This document shows, one piece after another, positions 1 to 12,306 of a DNA stretch of 64,000 nucleotides; position 1 is the stretch's first letter, and each line of letters starts with the position of its first letter. This DNA comes from an uncultured cyanobacterium (GTDB lineage: Bacteria; Cyanobacteriota; Cyanobacteriia; Cyanobacteriales; Cyanobacteriaceae), in the NCBI GenBank assembly GCA_963749915.1, contig CAVVOP010000008.1, positions 352,001 to 416,000 of the forward strand. The letters run 5' to 3'. Below the pieces are notes generated by a model. It was not told the origin of the DNA and searched no databases. It saw only the letters and a list, made by a program, of their open reading frames with translations. Both the position numbers and the translations under genes were made by a program.

Positions 1-92
1 CAAGAAATTTTCCCCCAAGCTAACCTTATTTTGCAGGTTCATGATATTCTAATGAAGGCTCATTGACAAGCGTGTTCAGGAAATCATCATCA

Positions 93-572
93 ATGGAACA
101 GATAGCAGGAAAAGAACAAGATTTAGGACAAAATACCTCGACAACCTTCTCTGTCACAGAAATACAAGAATTATTACCTCACCGTTACCCCTTTGCTTTA
201 GTCGATCGCATAATTGATTATACCCCAGGACAAAAAGCCACAGGTCTAAAAAATGTCACCATCAATGAACCTTTTTTTCAAGGACATATCCCAGGTAACC
301 CCATTATGCCCGGTGTTTTACAATTAGAGACAATGGCACAAGTCGGAGGCGTTATTTTAACCTTATTACCCGGTATGAAGGGTAAGTTTTTCGCCTATGC
401 AGGGGTAGATAAAGCACGTTTTCGCCGTCCCGTTATCCCCGGAGATCAGTTAATTATTACGGTAGAATTACTATCTTTTAAACGCAATCGCATTGCTAAA
501 ATGCAAGGTCAGGGGTTAGTTGATGGGCAATTAGTGGCAGAAGCAGAAATGCTATTTTCTCTTTTTGATTAA
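93..572 (+). CDS. fabZ: 3-hydroxyacyl-ACP dehydratase
   Basis: [12 protein letters not shown] and EPFFQGH-PG-P-MPGVL motifs; upstream of lpxA; ATG at 93 preferred over TTG at 63. Confidence 0.95.
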   Translation: MEQIAGKEQDLGQNTSTTFSVTEIQELLPHRYPFALVDRIIDYTPGQKATGLKNVTINEPFFQGHIPGNPIMPGVLQLETMAQVGGVILTLLPGMKGKFFAYAGVDKARFRRPVIPGDQLIITVELLSFKRNRIAKMQGQGLVDGQLVAEAEMLFSLFD

Positions 573-702
573 TTTTTAGTACCTGAATGAGATAAATTGT
601 ATATTTTAAAATCAACTAAAATCAACTAAATTATCTGATATTTTTTTGTTCATTCTCTATTATTAATTTCATCAAATATACAATTAATTTATTTTACGAA
701 TC

Positions 703-1491
703 GTGATACACCCTACTGCCATTATTGATCCCAAAGCTGAATTAGATCCTTCGGTGGAAATTGCCCCTAATGTGGTTATCGGTGCTGATGTTAAAATTGG
801 TGCTAATACTGTTATTGGTGCCAATGTGGTAATTTATGGACCTATTGAAATTGGTTGCGGTAATCAAATTTTTCCGGGTGCGGCTTTAGGTTTACCTCCT
901 CAGGATCTTAAGTATAAAGGCGGTAAAAGTTCCGTCAAAATTGGCGATCGCAATACCATTCGAGAATATGTCACCGTTAACCGTGCCACGGGAGAAGAAG
1001 AGGAAACCGTCATTGGCAATGATAATCTTTTGATGGCCTATGTTCATGTAGCCCATAATTGTATTTTAGGGGATAGAATCGTCATTGCTAATTCTGTGGC
1101 GTTGGCAGGTCACGTAGAGGTGGAATCTAAGGCCGTTATCGGCGGTATGTTAGGCATCCATCAATTCGTTAAAATTGGAAAAATGGCGATGTTAGGTGGA
1201 ATGAGCAGGATTGATCGAGATGCACCTCCCTATATGTTAGTAGAAGGTAATCCCTCTCGTGTGCGATCCCTTAACCTTGTCGCCTTAAAACGTAATAACT
1301 TTGATAGTGATGAAATATTTTTGTTGAAAAAAGCCCATAAAATTCTTTATCGTTCGGGATTAACCATCAGTCAGGCATTAAAAGAATTATCACCTCTATG
1401 CCACAACGAACATATAAACCATTTAACTAATTTTATGAACTCGTCGGTTAATGATAAAAATAGACGAGGCTTAATTAGCGGCAGACCCTAG
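703..1491 (+). CDS. lpxA: UDP-N-acetylglucosamine O-acyltransferase
   Basis: IHPTAII hexapeptide repeats, PQDLKY, HVAHNC, LAGHV motifs. Confidence 0.95.
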   Translation: MIHPTAIIDPKAELDPSVEIAPNVVIGADVKIGANTVIGANVVIYGPIEIGCGNQIFPGAALGLPPQDLKYKGGKSSVKIGDRNTIREYVTVNRATGEEEETVIGNDNLLMAYVHVAHNCILGDRIVIANSVALAGHVEVESKAVIGGMLGIHQFVKIGKMAMLGGMSRIDRDAPPYMLVEGNPSRVRSLNLVALKRNNFDSDEIFLLKKAHKILYRSGLTISQALKELSPLCHNEHINHLTNFMNSSVNDKNRRGLISGRP

Positions 1492-3953
1492 CTACGCAAA
1501 GTCACGGCGAATTGTTTAGTTAAAGATTCTCTAATTTTATTATGAATAGGATCAACATCGCTATCTTTAAGAGTACCATCAGGGGATCGATATACTAAAC
1601 TAAAGGCCAAACTGCGCTTCCCTTCCTCGACATTTTGCCCTTTATACTCATCAAATAATTTAACATCCACCAAAGTTTTACCTCCGGCTTTACGCATCGC
1701 CGTGGTCAGATCTCCTACCGTTAAATCCATAGGTGCAAAGAAAGCTAAATCGCGAGCAACGCCGGGATAAGTCGAGTAGGCTTTGAAAGTAGGAGTTTTT
1801 AGGTATTTTTGGTCTAAATAGGCGATTAAGGGCTCTAATTTTAACTCAAACACATAAACGCTATTGGGTAAGTCTTTTTCTTGTCGCAATTGAGGATGAA
1901 TTTGCCCAAAAACGCCGATTTTGGTCTTATTTAACCATAAAGAAGCAGTACGTCCCGGATGTAAACGCTTATCTTCAGAATAGGCTTGATAAGTGATAGG
2001 TGCTTTTAAATTATTAAATAGACTCTCCAAAATACCTTTGGCCTCATACCATGTCATCGGTTTAGGCTTACCGCTAGTTGTCCAGATACCATCAGAGTAT
2101 AAATCACCGCCGATAATACCTCCTAAAGCATCACCCTCACACATTTTACCGTTTTCAAGCCAAAAAACTCGTCCAAGTTCAAAACTCTTTAAATACCCGT
2201 TCCCTTGGGCTTGGTTGTATTCAAAAGCATTAATTAAACCGTCAACTAAGTTACTGCGCAGGGCTGAATATTCGCTAAATAAGGGGTTAGCGATTTTAAT
2301 TTCCCCTTGATTCGGACTTACTAAGGAATATTGCACTAATTCCGTTAAGCCTAAACCCCTTAAATTTGCCCTAATTTGTCTTTGAATCTGTACTGATGAG
2401 GGTAAATAACCGACTTGGGATTGAGCGGGTAAAGTATCAGTAAAATGGTCATAACCGTACAGTCTTGCCACTTCTTCAATTAAGTCGATTTCTCTTTCTA
2501 AATCACGATAACGGTAAGAAGGCACCGTGACAAGCCATACTAAAGGATTTTCTGTCTTAACTTTCAATTGACAACCTAAGTCCCCTAAAATTCTTTCAAC
2601 ATCTTCAGGTAAAACATTCCCTAAACTCTTTTCTTCCCCTTCTAAGGGATGCTTAGAAAAAGTTTCTACTTTAACTTTACCTAACACTTGATGAAGGCGA
2701 TGGCATCTTAACTCAATGGTATTGGTGAAATTTTCTGGGCGATTATCAGCGATAACTTGGGTAGTAACTTTTCCTTCTGCTAACTCAGTAATAAGTGTTA
2801 GCGCACGATTTAAGGCTTTTTCTAACTCTACCTGATTAACTCCCCTTTCATAACGAGTAGAGGCTTCTGTGCGAATACCCTGAGTTTTGGCACTTCGGCG
2901 GATGGGTACAGGCTCAAATAACGCTGCCTCCATTACGATATTTTGGGTGTTATTATCTACTTCACTATCTTCTCCTCCCATAACTCCTGCTAAAGCAACG
3001 GGTTTATTATTGACAGTGATCAGTAAATTTTGTGCTTTTAAGTCTCTTTTTTGCCCATCTAAGGTAGTAATCGTTTCCTTTTCACTAGCAAAGCGCACCC
3101 CGATAGTTAAATCTTCACTTTTGGCAATGTTGTACAACTTTTCTCTATCAAAAGCATGTAAAGGTTGCCCCCATTCTAAGAGAATATAGTTGGTTACATC
3201 GACAACATTATTAATTGGTCGCACTCCTGCAGATTCCAAACGCCATTGTAACCACTGAGGAGAAGATGCAATTTTCACATTTTCAATTATTGTACCAATA
3301 TAAGCAGTACAAGCGGAAGTTTCTAGAATTTCAACTTTTAGGTTTTGGTTATCGGTGGTGTTAATGTCCCCTGTAATTTCGGGTAAAGTCAAATCTCCTG
3401 CTGTCAAAGCCGCTACCTCCCTCGCAACTCCTACCATACTTAAGGCATCGGCACGGTTAGCAGTGGCAGTAATATCTAAAATTACGTCATCTAATCCTAA
3501 TAAGGGACGCACATCTTGTCCAGGGGTTAAGTCTCCTTCTAAGATTTTTATACCCTCGCTTTCCTTTGCCAAGCCTAACTCTGCCAATGAGCAGATCATG
3601 CCTTTACTGTCAACCCCTCTTAATTTGGTGGGTTTTAGTTTTAAGTCAATTTTCGGTAAATAACTACCCAAAGTTGCCACAGGCACAAATATATCTTTTT
3701 TAATATTGGGTGCACCACAAACAATCTGAGAGGGGGTTTGAGCGCCAATGTCCACCTGACAAACACTGAGTTTATCGGCATTGGGATGGCGATCGCATTC
3801 TAAAACTTTACCCACAACCACACCATCTGCCCATGTGCGTCTATCTTCCATATTTTCCACTTCAAAACCGGCAATAGTAAGAGTTTTTGCCAATTCTTCA
3901 GGAGAAACGTTTATTTTAACTAATTCTTGTAACCAATTGATAGAGATACGCAT
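1488..3953 (-). CDS. pheT: Phenylalanine-tRNA ligase beta subunit
   Basis: [33 protein letters not shown] motifs and C-terminal FDX-ACB domain. Confidence 0.97.
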   Translation of the reverse strand: MRISINWLQELVKINVSPEELAKTLTIAGFEVENMEDRRTWADGVVVGKVLECDRHPNADKLSVCQVDIGAQTPSQIVCGAPNIKKDIFVPVATLGSYLPKIDLKLKPTKLRGVDSKGMICSLAELGLAKESEGIKILEGDLTPGQDVRPLLGLDDVILDITATANRADALSMVGVAREVAALTAGDLTLPEITGDINTTDNQNLKVEILETSACTAYIGTIIENVKIASSPQWLQWRLESAGVRPINNVVDVTNYILLEWGQPLHAFDREKLYNIAKSEDLTIGVRFASEKETITTLDGQKRDLKAQNLLITVNNKPVALAGVMGGEDSEVDNNTQNIVMEAALFEPVPIRRSAKTQGIRTEASTRYERGVNQVELEKALNRALTLITELAEGKVTTQVIADNRPENFTNTIELRCHRLHQVLGKVKVETFSKHPLEGEEKSLGNVLPEDVERILGDLGCQLKVKTENPLVWLVTVPSYRYRDLEREIDLIEEVARLYGYDHFTDTLPAQSQVGYLPSSVQIQRQIRANLRGLGLTELVQYSLVSPNQGEIKIANPLFSEYSALRSNLVDGLINAFEYNQAQGNGYLKSFELGRVFWLENGKMCEGDALGGIIGGDLYSDGIWTTSGKPKPMTWYEAKGILESLFNNLKAPITYQAYSEDKRLHPGRTASLWLNKTKIGVFGQIHPQLRQEKDLPNSVYVFELKLEPLIAYLDQKYLKTPTFKAYSTYPGVARDLAFFAPMDLTVGDLTTAMRKAGGKTLVDVKLFDEYKGQNVEEGKRSLAFSLVYRSPDGTLKDSDVDPIHNKIRESLTKQFAVTLRS

Positions 3954-4247
3954 TGCTTAAATATAAAGTTAGTAGTGTGATGATATAATCTCTTATTATT
4001 AAAAGATTATAAGCTGAGCTGAACCAGAATCCCCCTTTACCGTTAATTTTTAGTGCAAACTTCGGTGATAATTATCAATTATCAAAATTTATTTGGTTTA
4101 GGGAAAGTTATTTCATCATTGGCCACTGTTATGGAATGTTTGACGATGACGCCAATGATAAAGTAAATTTGGCGAAATTTTTTACTCATCCAAAAGGCAG
4201 TTGATAGTTACTAATTATTTATTTTTTATTGTTTATTGTCAATGGAT

Positions 4248-5900
4248 TCACTCCCAGATGGGGCAACTTAAATCCCCTGCTTTACGAGAAAAACGTATAT
4301 TTTCCGCATAATCTACGGGGCAATCGATCACAGCAGGAACATCTTGGTCTAAGGCCGTCTTGAGGGTAGAGATTAAATCGTCAGCAGAGCTGACTCTATA
4401 GCCCTTTAAGCCCATGCTTTCGGCAAATTTGACAAAATCAGGGTTACCAAAGTCAACATAACTTTTCGAGCCAAACTGATTCATTTGTTTCCAACCGATT
4501 AAGCCGTAACCATTATCATTAAAAATTAAGGTGACAAAGGGGGTTTTTACCCTCAAAGCAGTTTCCAATTCTTGGCAATTCATCATAAATCCACCATCTC
4601 CAGTTACCGCCACTACTTTTTTTTCGGGATGTACTAATTTTGCGGCAACGGCCCCCGGAATCGCTATACCCATAGCGGCAAAACCGTTGGAGATAAGACA
4701 AGTATTAGGGCATTCACAATGGTAATGTCTTGCCATCCACATTTTATGAGCACCTACATCCGAGATAACAATGTCTTCTGAACCCATTACCTGCCTTAAA
4801 TCATAGACAATTTTTTGAGGTTTAATGGGGAAACCCTCATCATGGGCATATTGTTCATAATCTTCTCGTATCTCATTACGTAAAGAAGCGGCAAAGGGTA
4901 AAGGCTTACCAGTGCGATCGCATCTTTTTAAAATTTCGTCTAAAGAATCAGCAATATCACCAATTACTTCAACGATGGGAATATAACTACTGTCGATCTC
5001 TGCGGAATGGTTCCCAATATGGATAATGGGAGTTTGACCATCAGGATTCCAACGTTTCGGAGAATACTCAATTAAATCATAGCCGACCGCAATAATAAGG
5101 TCCGCCTGTTCAAAGGCACAAGTGATAAAGTCTCGTTGTTGTAAACCTACAGTCCATAATGATAATGGGTGGACATAAGGAATTGCCCCCTTACCCATAA
5201 AAGTATTCGCTACCGGAATGTTTAAACGAGTGGCAAACTCCGTTAAAGCATCCGCCGCATTTGCTCTAATTGCCCCATTTCCTGTTAATATTAAGGGGTT
5301 TTTTGCTTTGGCGATGGCGATGGATGCGGCATTTACACTACGATAAGAAGCATAAATTTTTTCTCGATTATAAATGCGTAATGGCAGTCCTTCCACTGGC
5401 ATTGCCGCAATATTTTCTGGTAAATCTATATGTACTGCACCGGGTTTCTCTTGTTCCGCTACTTTAAACGCCTTACGCACAACTTCAGGAGTAATTCCAG
5501 GACGCACAATTTGTTTATTCCACTTCGTGACGGGGGCAAACATCGCCACTAAATCAAGGTATTGATGTGATTCTATATGCATCCTATCCGTGCCAACTTG
5601 TCCTGTAATCGCCACTAAAGGTGCACCATCTAAATTAGCATCCGCCACCCCTGTCATTAAATTTGTAGCACCAGGTCCAAGGGTAGAAAGACAAACACCA
5701 GCCTTCCCCGTTAAACGCCCATAAACATCTGCCATAAAAGCCGCACCCTGTTCATGACGAGTGGTGATAAACTGAATAGAGGAGTTTTTTAAAGCCTCAA
5801 GAACGTGTAAATTTTCTTCTCCGGGTAAACCGAAAATATATTCTACACCTTCATTTTCCAAACAGTTAATTAACAATTCTGCGGTATTCATTTGCCCCAT
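4248..5900 (-). CDS. ThDP-dependent acetolactate synthase-like enzyme; probable cyanobacterial 2-oxoglutarate decarboxylase type
   Basis: FGLPGEEN, TRHEQGAAFMAD, GDGGFMMN ThDP motif; resembles the Sll1981-type subgroup rather than canonical IlvB. Confidence 0.8.
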   Translation of the reverse strand: MGQMNTAELLINCLENEGVEYIFGLPGEENLHVLEALKNSSIQFITTRHEQGAAFMADVYGRLTGKAGVCLSTLGPGATNLMTGVADANLDGAPLVAITGQVGTDRMHIESHQYLDLVAMFAPVTKWNKQIVRPGITPEVVRKAFKVAEQEKPGAVHIDLPENIAAMPVEGLPLRIYNREKIYASYRSVNAASIAIAKAKNPLILTGNGAIRANAADALTEFATRLNIPVANTFMGKGAIPYVHPLSLWTVGLQQRDFITCAFEQADLIIAVGYDLIEYSPKRWNPDGQTPIIHIGNHSAEIDSSYIPIVEVIGDIADSLDEILKRCDRTGKPLPFAASLRNEIREDYEQYAHDEGFPIKPQKIVYDLRQVMGSEDIVISDVGAHKMWMARHYHCECPNTCLISNGFAAMGIAIPGAVAAKLVHPEKKVVAVTGDGGFMMNCQELETALRVKTPFVTLIFNDNGYGLIGWKQMNQFGSKSYVDFGNPDFVKFAESMGLKGYRVSSADDLISTLKTALDQDVPAVIDCPVDYAENIRFSRKAGDLSCPIWE

Positions 5901-6032
5901 GATTTTGTCCCCAATTTTTTGATTATGTTAAATGTTGTTGCTATATTCTGAAAAAAGGCGGTTCATTAAACCTCCCACGAGAATTTGTATCATATATACC
6001 AATATAAACTTTTTCATTAAGAGATCATCAGT

Positions 6033-6644
6033 GTGAATTCAAGTAATCCTCCAGTTTTTCCACCAAATTTGCCCCCTGATTCTAATTATCCCTTAGATCA
6101 TCCGGCTATAGGTATTCCTCACCATCCTTTACAATATCGGGCTATTGGCATTATTCAAGCCAAGTATCAACCCCTAGAAGATAAACTTACTAAAGGGATT
6201 ATTACTTCTGATAATCAAACTTTTGAAACAGTATTATTGGGTAAAACTATTAGTGCTGTTAAAAATCACATTGATTTAAACAAACTGCAAAATTGGGTGG
6301 TTTATCCCCATACGATACCCGAAACTGAACAAATACATTTTCAAATTGCCGGTGTTTATATACCTAAAAATCTTAGCCGTGATAACGCTTTACCACCTAA
6401 TTATTTTTCCATTCGAGGAGAAGTGCTATATTCTTCTAAACGGGAACAAAAAGTCATTGTCAAAATATGTAAAAATAACACTTTATCTAGTAGGAGAGTC
6501 AGCTTTTTTAAACTGGAATTGCAAGGAAAAATACCTGATCATACGATTAAACATTTTTACTCTTTTAGTACTGTTCTTGAGGAAAAAAAACTGGTCATCA
6601 AAAATTATATCGATTTAGGTCTAATTGCCGCCAATTTCCGATAG
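6033..6644 (+). CDS. Hypothetical protein (cyanobacterial type)
   Basis: 203-aa ORF with QYRAIG, WVVYP and YFSIRGEV motifs filling the space between flanking genes. Confidence 0.7.
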   Translation: MNSSNPPVFPPNLPPDSNYPLDHPAIGIPHHPLQYRAIGIIQAKYQPLEDKLTKGIITSDNQTFETVLLGKTISAVKNHIDLNKLQNWVVYPHTIPETEQIHFQIAGVYIPKNLSRDNALPPNYFSIRGEVLYSSKREQKVIVKICKNNTLSSRRVSFFKLELQGKIPDHTIKHFYSFSTVLEEKKLVIKNYIDLGLIAANFR

Positions 6645-6668
6645 ACGTCTCCAAAAACTAAATTACTA

Positions 6669-8276
6669 CTAATAGTTGTTCATTGTCAATGGTAAATCCG
6701 CTTCTTTTTTGGCTTGTATCGACGCATAAAGACGATTTAAGGCACTAATATAAGCACGGGCAGAGGCGACAATTATATCTGTATTAGCCGCATAACCAGA
6801 ATAAGTTTTATTTCCATGTTTCAAGCGAATCGTTACTTCTCCCATAGCGTCAATGCCTGCGGTAACAGATTTGACAGAATATTCGATCAATTCATTGGGA
6901 ATATTGACGACACGATTAATGGCTTTATAGATGGCATCAACGGGACCTGTACCAATGGAAGCATCCCTTAATTCTTTTCCTTCAGGGTTACGAATGCTAA
7001 CAGTAGCGGTGGGGACAGAATGATCGCCACAAGAAACTTGTACTAACTCAAGACGAAAAAGTTCGGGAGGTTGTTGAATTTCATCGTTGACGATGGCTTC
7101 TAAATCCCAATCGGTAATTTCCCTTTTTTTGTCGGCTACTTCTTTGAAATGCAAAAAGGCTTTATTTAACTCGTCTTCTGATAATTCAAATCCCAATTCT
7201 TGCAAACGGGTTCGGAACGCATTACGACCTGAAAGTTTGCCGAGTACGATTTGATTGGCAGTTAAACCAATGGATTCTGCGTCCATGATTTCGTAGGTAA
7301 GGCGGTTTTTTAACACACCATCTTGGTGGATACCAGATTCGTGCGCAAAGGCATTCGCACCGACAATGGCTTTATTCGGTTGCACCATCATGCCTGTAAG
7401 GTTAGATACTAAACGAGAGGTTTTGTAAATTCGCTTGGTGTCTATATTTGTCAGTGGTTCAGTAGAATTAACATCTCTGCCCAAGAAGGGATTAAAATAT
7501 TGACGACGCACATGAAGTGCCATAACTAATTCTTCCAGGGCGGCATTTCCTGCCCTTTCGCCGATCCCATTAATGGTACATTCCAACTGTCTTGCACCAT
7601 TTTTCACTGCTTCGAGGAAATTAGCCACTGCTAACCCTAAATCGTTGTGACCATGAACGGAGATAATGGCTTGGTCAATATTAGGCACATTATCTTTAAT
7701 TCCTTTGATGATTGCACCATATTCACTGGGGGTGGTATAACCGACAGTATCAGGTATATTCACAGTAGTTGCCCCTGCTGCGATCGCTAATTCCAATACC
7801 TGATAAAGGAATTCGGGATCACTACGTCCGGCATCTTCAGGGGAAAATTCGACATCATCGGTGAAAGTTTTTGCATAGGCAACCATTTCCGGCACGATTA
7901 CCAATACGTCAGCACGAGTTTTTTTTAGTTTATATTCTAAGTGAATATCAGAGGTAGCTAAAAATGTATGAATTCGGCGTTTAAACGCTGGCCTTAGGGC
8001 TTCTCCAGCACTTTTGATGTCTTTTTGGGTTGCACGGGCTAAACCACAAATTGTGGGACCATTTTCTGTGCCCACGGTTTCAGCAATTCGTTGTACGGCA
8101 TTAAAATCTCCTTGACTAGCGTGGGGAAAACCCGCCTCGATGACGTCAACACCCAATTTAGCCAAAGCACGGGCAATATTTAGTTTTTCCTCTACGTTTA
8201 AACTTGCCCCCGGAGATTGTTCTCCATCACGCAATGTGGTATCAAATATAATAATTCTATCTGGCTGGTTTGTCAT
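6669..8276 (-). CDS. leuA: 2-isopropylmalate synthase
   Basis: [34 protein letters not shown] motifs and regulatory domain. Confidence 0.97.
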   Translation of the reverse strand: MTNQPDRIIIFDTTLRDGEQSPGASLNVEEKLNIARALAKLGVDVIEAGFPHASQGDFNAVQRIAETVGTENGPTICGLARATQKDIKSAGEALRPAFKRRIHTFLATSDIHLEYKLKKTRADVLVIVPEMVAYAKTFTDDVEFSPEDAGRSDPEFLYQVLELAIAAGATTVNIPDTVGYTTPSEYGAIIKGIKDNVPNIDQAIISVHGHNDLGLAVANFLEAVKNGARQLECTINGIGERAGNAALEELVMALHVRRQYFNPFLGRDVNSTEPLTNIDTKRIYKTSRLVSNLTGMMVQPNKAIVGANAFAHESGIHQDGVLKNRLTYEIMDAESIGLTANQIVLGKLSGRNAFRTRLQELGFELSEDELNKAFLHFKEVADKKREITDWDLEAIVNDEIQQPPELFRLELVQVSCGDHSVPTATVSIRNPEGKELRDASIGTGPVDAIYKAINRVVNIPNELIEYSVKSVTAGIDAMGEVTIRLKHGNKTYSGYAANTDIIVASARAYISALNRLYASIQAKKEADLPLTMNNY

Positions 8277-8387
8277 ATCTTAAAATAAAATTTTGAGTGG
8301 ATTTACCAACATATAATATTTAAGCCTTTCTGGATCCATCATAGACTAAAAATCAGGGATATAACTTATAAATATGAAATTTTCAAA

Positions 8388-9146
8388 CTAAAGATTTATG
8401 ATTAAAGGGGATTTTTTTTTGGTGAAAAAATAAGGGGAAGATTGATTTTTATAGGTAAATGTTTTTAAAGAATATCCCCTTAATTCTCTTGGTAACAACA
8501 TATCCCATTGTACCTCGGAAAATATCCATAAGTTACTCATCATGACTAAACCCGTGACCCCAAATTGCCATCCACTAACAGAAGGTAAAATGAGGATGGT
8601 GAGGCCATGAATTATGGCCGCAACAAAAAAAGCTCTCGATCGCATTCCCCAACCTGTGAATAAATAACCGATACTGCTTAAAATTAACCATAATGCGCAC
8701 AGGTGAGATAGCATAAAACCGCAATGGTAAACGACGGCATAATCCGTAATCAATATACCTACAAGCATCAAAAAAACCCAAGTATAAAGCAACCATGAAA
8801 TTTTTTCTAACACTGTCCAAGGGTGAGTTAGAGTGGTCATGGCTATAACGCCAACAAGAGTAATAATAGACCAAAAAAGGGCTTGAGTTGTCCAGCTAAC
8901 AGGGGAAAATTGAGCTGTCATAAAAATTATGGCGGCAATAAATCCCCAAACAGTCATTGCTTGATCTATGCAGGTATAAATTCCTGATAAATTTATGATT
9001 TCTAAGGGTTTGATGATTAAACATTTCATCAATGTCAACTGTTGCGGATTGGTGGAGTATTGCTTTTTTTGTAAAATTGGTTGCCCGGGCTTAAAAAAAT
9101 GCATTATAAAATTAAAGAATGAGATGTATTTTAATATTTGTAACAA
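8388..9146 (-). CDS. Hypothetical multi-pass membrane protein
   Basis: About six hydrophobic segments; true start may be the downstream ATG (MHFF...). Confidence 0.7.
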   Translation of the reverse strand: MLQILKYISFFNFIMHFFKPGQPILQKKQYSTNPQQLTLMKCLIIKPLEIINLSGIYTCIDQAMTVWGFIAAIIFMTAQFSPVSWTTQALFWSIITLVGVIAMTTLTHPWTVLEKISWLLYTWVFLMLVGILITDYAVVYHCGFMLSHLCALWLILSSIGYLFTGWGMRSRAFFVAAIIHGLTILILPSVSGWQFGVTGLVMMSNLWIFSEVQWDMLLPRELRGYSLKTFTYKNQSSPYFFTKKKSPLIINL

Positions 9147-9433
9147 AAGTTAATATTCTCTCATTTTAAAACAAGATGGACAATTTGGTTTTTTTTGGTC
9201 AGGATTGTTTCGACTGTTAATGTATATAATTTCTTTTTTTTCCTTTAAAGACTATTTTTTCTATAGGTTTATTTTTTCCATGGCTTTTTCGTTAATTTTT
9301 AATTTTTAGTCTAAACCCCTGTAATTCAATAATCCTCAAATGTGCTGGGTTCTGGAAATGAAAGATCATAAAAAGATGATAAGATTTTTTCATGATCCCT
9401 AGGATTATTTGAGGATAAAACGAGTTTCTGGTA

Positions 9434-9847
9434 CTAAACCACACCTTGTAAAGTGGGAATAAAATCCTCTCCTATAGTGGTGGCGTATTGGTGTGCGAAT
9501 GCTTCAGGGAAACCCCGATCAATTTCCCTCATGGTTGCCTGTTTAGCTTCGAGTGCAACTTGTAATACTTTCATTGCTTCTTTAGGTTGTCCTTCACCGC
9601 AGAAAAATAAATCCGCAGCGAAGTAGCCATATTCGGGCCAAGTGTGAATTGCAATATGAGATTCCGCTAAAGTAACGGTAGCTGTTACCCCATGGGGACT
9701 AAATTGGTGTACACACATATCTATTAAAGTTGCTTTTCCAGCCTTAATAGCATCTAACAAGCCTTGACGGATTCTTTCTGGATTGTTTAAAAGATCTGCT
9801 GGTGCTTGCCAAGCATCTACCACTAAATGTGTGCCCACTTTGTTCAT
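9434..9847 (-). CDS. speD: S-adenosylmethionine decarboxylase proenzyme
   Basis: GTHL, HQFSPHGVT, LAESH self-cleavage site, HTWPE; ATG at 9847. Confidence 0.9.
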   Translation of the reverse strand: MNKVGTHLVVDAWQAPADLLNNPERIRQGLLDAIKAGKATLIDMCVHQFSPHGVTATVTLAESHIAIHTWPEYGYFAADLFFCGEGQPKEAMKVLQVALEAKQATMREIDRGFPEAFAHQYATTIGEDFIPTLQGVV

Positions 9848-10169
9848 TCTTGTCAACTCACTCCATACTGTGTTTGCTAATAGGGACAATTGATTTTAAC
9901 AGATTTTTTTTGTCGGCTCATCCAAAACCCAGTTTATGTTTTTTCGACCGTTGTAGTAAAAGTTGAGTGTGCATAGTAAGGTTAAGATAAGGTAAAGACA
10001 AAAATCACCCGGAGACTAATGATATGCAAATTGACATTTATTTGTCAAGTGTTTATCTAAAGTTACTTACTAATTGGTAATTGTCAATTTGTTAATTGTT
10101 TCCTATTTGCTAAGATAATAGTTCACGAACAAAAACAGAAATTGGTTTCTGGTAAAGAATAAAGATAAA

Positions 10170-11348
10170 ATGCTCAATCCTGATTTAGAAGCTATAGAAC
10201 TTAATAAAGATGAGTATGAGCGCTATGCTAGACATATTATTTTGCCCGAAGTGGGTTTAGAAGGGCAAAAACGTATTAAGGCGGCGAGTGTACTCTGTGT
10301 CGGTACTGGGGGATTAGGTTCCCCTCTGATTCTCTATTTAGCTGCCTCTGGCATTGGTAGAATAGGCATTGTTGATTTTGATGTTGTCGACAGTTCTAAC
10401 CTACAAAGGCAAGTTATTCACGGTACATCATGGGTCGGCAAACCGAAAATTGAGTCCGCCAAACATCGTATTTTAGAAATAAACCCCGATTGTCAAGTGG
10501 ATTTATACGAAACCCGTCTTAGTGCTGATAACGCCTTAGATATAATTGCTCCTTATGATGTAGTCATTGACGGTACAGATAACTTTCCCACCCGTTATCT
10601 CACCAATGACGCTTGTGTATTGTTGAATAAGCCTAACGTTTACGGCTCTATCTTCCGTTTTGAGGGACAAGCCACTGTATTCAACTATGAAGGAGGACCA
10701 AATTATCGTGACTTATATCCCGAACCACCACCGCCGGGAATGGTGCCTTCATGTGCGGAAGGAGGAGTTTTGGGAGTACTCCCTGGTATAATTGGTATTA
10801 TACAAGCTACTGAAACTATTAAAATTATTTTAGGAGCAGATAATACCCTCAGTGGGCGTTTATTACTTTACAACGCTTGGGATATGAAGTTTAGGGAGTT
10901 GAAACTAAGACCTAATCCTGAACGTCCTGTAATTGAAAAATTAATTGATTACGAACAATTTTGTGGTATTCCTCAAGCCCAAGCAGAAGAAGCCAAAGCC
11001 AAAAAAGAACTCCAAGAAATTACTGTTCACGATTTGAAATTCTTATTAGATAGTCACCCTCATGATTATGTTTTAATTGATGTACGCAACCCTAATGAAT
11101 ACGAAATAGCCAAGATTCCGGGATCTGTTTTAATTCCTTTACCAGATATCGAAAATGGTGAGGGTGTTCAAAAAGTGAAAGAATTAGTTGATGTTAGTGG
11201 TCATCGTCTTATTGCCCATTGTAAAATGGGTGGACGTTCAGCTAAGGCTTTACAAATTCTCAAAGAAGCAGGAATCGAGGGCATTAACCTTAAAGGAGGT
11301 ATTTTGGCATGGAGTAAAGAAGTTGATTCTACTGTGCCAGAATACTAA
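10170..11348 (+). CDS. moeB: Molybdopterin-synthase adenylyltransferase with C-terminal rhodanese domain
   Basis: RYARHI, GTGGLG, SNLQRQ, SCAEGGVLG, DVR...HCKMGGRS rhodanese. Confidence 0.92.
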   Translation: MLNPDLEAIELNKDEYERYARHIILPEVGLEGQKRIKAASVLCVGTGGLGSPLILYLAASGIGRIGIVDFDVVDSSNLQRQVIHGTSWVGKPKIESAKHRILEINPDCQVDLYETRLSADNALDIIAPYDVVIDGTDNFPTRYLTNDACVLLNKPNVYGSIFRFEGQATVFNYEGGPNYRDLYPEPPPPGMVPSCAEGGVLGVLPGIIGIIQATETIKIILGADNTLSGRLLLYNAWDMKFRELKLRPNPERPVIEKLIDYEQFCGIPQAQAEEAKAKKELQEITVHDLKFLLDSHPHDYVLIDVRNPNEYEIAKIPGSVLIPLPDIENGEGVQKVKELVDVSGHRLIAHCKMGGRSAKALQILKEAGIEGINLKGGILAWSKEVDSTVPEY

Positions 11349-11460
11349 TTTTGGTCCCTATCTTCAATTCTGGGGGAATAGAAAAAATCCTCCAGGATCC
11401 GTCACCCGATTTGGGGGCTAATATTTGATATATAATTTAGTTTTTAAATTTAAACCGATC

Positions 11461-12087
11461 ATGAAAAGCATTTTTAAATTAACAACTCTGATTCTCGTTA
11501 CTCCTTCTTTATTTACCTTCATCTTTCCTGACAACGCTCAAGCTAACCAATTTGACGTTTGTCTCAAGCAATTAACCGCCAGCGGGGTTGACGTGGAAGA
11601 AGCTCAAACCGGTTGTGCAGATGCCTTAGTGCCTAGGGAATTATCGACTTGTGTGCGTACTATTAGTAATAACACAGAGATAACAGCCATCGATGCTCTT
11701 AAAAGTTGCTATCAGGTAAGAAGACCAGTAGATATGGGTAATTGTGTGGTTAGTATTAACAAGAATAGCATTTTAACCCTCGCAACTAAAAGTAATATGG
11801 AGAAAAAAGAAACAGAAGCGACAACAACTAATATGGAGAAAAAAGAAACAGAAGCGACAACAGAAACTAGTCAATTTGCTGCCACCGACGAGAATACCTT
11901 AATAACTAAAGTATCCCCCGTGATGATGGCATTAAACACCTGCCAAGCGAGTCTTTTACCTGCTAGACATTCTGAATGTGTAATCGCTTTATCTCGTACT
12001 CCACAAGTAACCGATCCCACCAAAGCAATGGAAACCTGTTTAAGTGCGGAAGATTTCCCTAGAGATTTATTTCCTTCTTACCAATAG
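11461..12087 (+). CDS. Hypothetical exported Cys-rich protein
   Basis: Signal-peptide-like N-terminus (AQA), regularly spaced Cys; ATG at 11461 chosen. Confidence 0.7.
   Translation: MKSIFKLTTLILVTPSLFTFIFPDNAQANQFDVCLKQLTASGVDVEEAQTGCADALVPRELSTCVRTISNNTEITAIDALKSCYQVRRPVDMGNCVVSINKNSILTLATKSNMEKKETEATTTNMEKKETEATTETSQFAATDENTLITKVSPVMMALNTCQASLLPARHSECVIALSRTPQVTDPTKAMETCLSAEDFPRDLFPSYQ
11794..11862 (+). repeat. 36-bp in-frame tandem duplication (NMEKKETEATT x2)
   Basis: aatatggagaaaaaagaaacagaagcgacaaca occurs twice with a 36-nt period. Confidence 0.9.
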
Positions 12088-12306
12088 TTAAGGAAGAGGA
12101 AATGGGAAACGGGGAATGGTCAAAATAAATAATTGATAGTTTCTGCATAGGACTTATTTATTTTGATTACCGGTTTTAGTATTCCCTCTCTGCTGAAAAC
12201 GGAGAAAACTTGAACAATTATTCATTAGACCTCTCCAAGAATTACCAAAAACAGGGGTGAAACTATAATGATTTCGTTAATAAATTAGAGTTTCTGGAGA
12301 TTTCTA

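Noticed and set aside
1993..3663. Plus-strand ORFs of 100-105 aa inside pheT
   Set aside because: Antisense shadows of a conserved gene; the same applies to the short ORFs within the ALS-like gene, AAA gene, pilT, nadC, infB, pepN and glcD.
12226..12306. Possible short MITE (tagacctctcca ... tggagatttcta)
   Set aside because: The terminal match is short and imperfect; similar ends at ~6642 and ~33541 are unpaired, so it cannot be delimited confidently.
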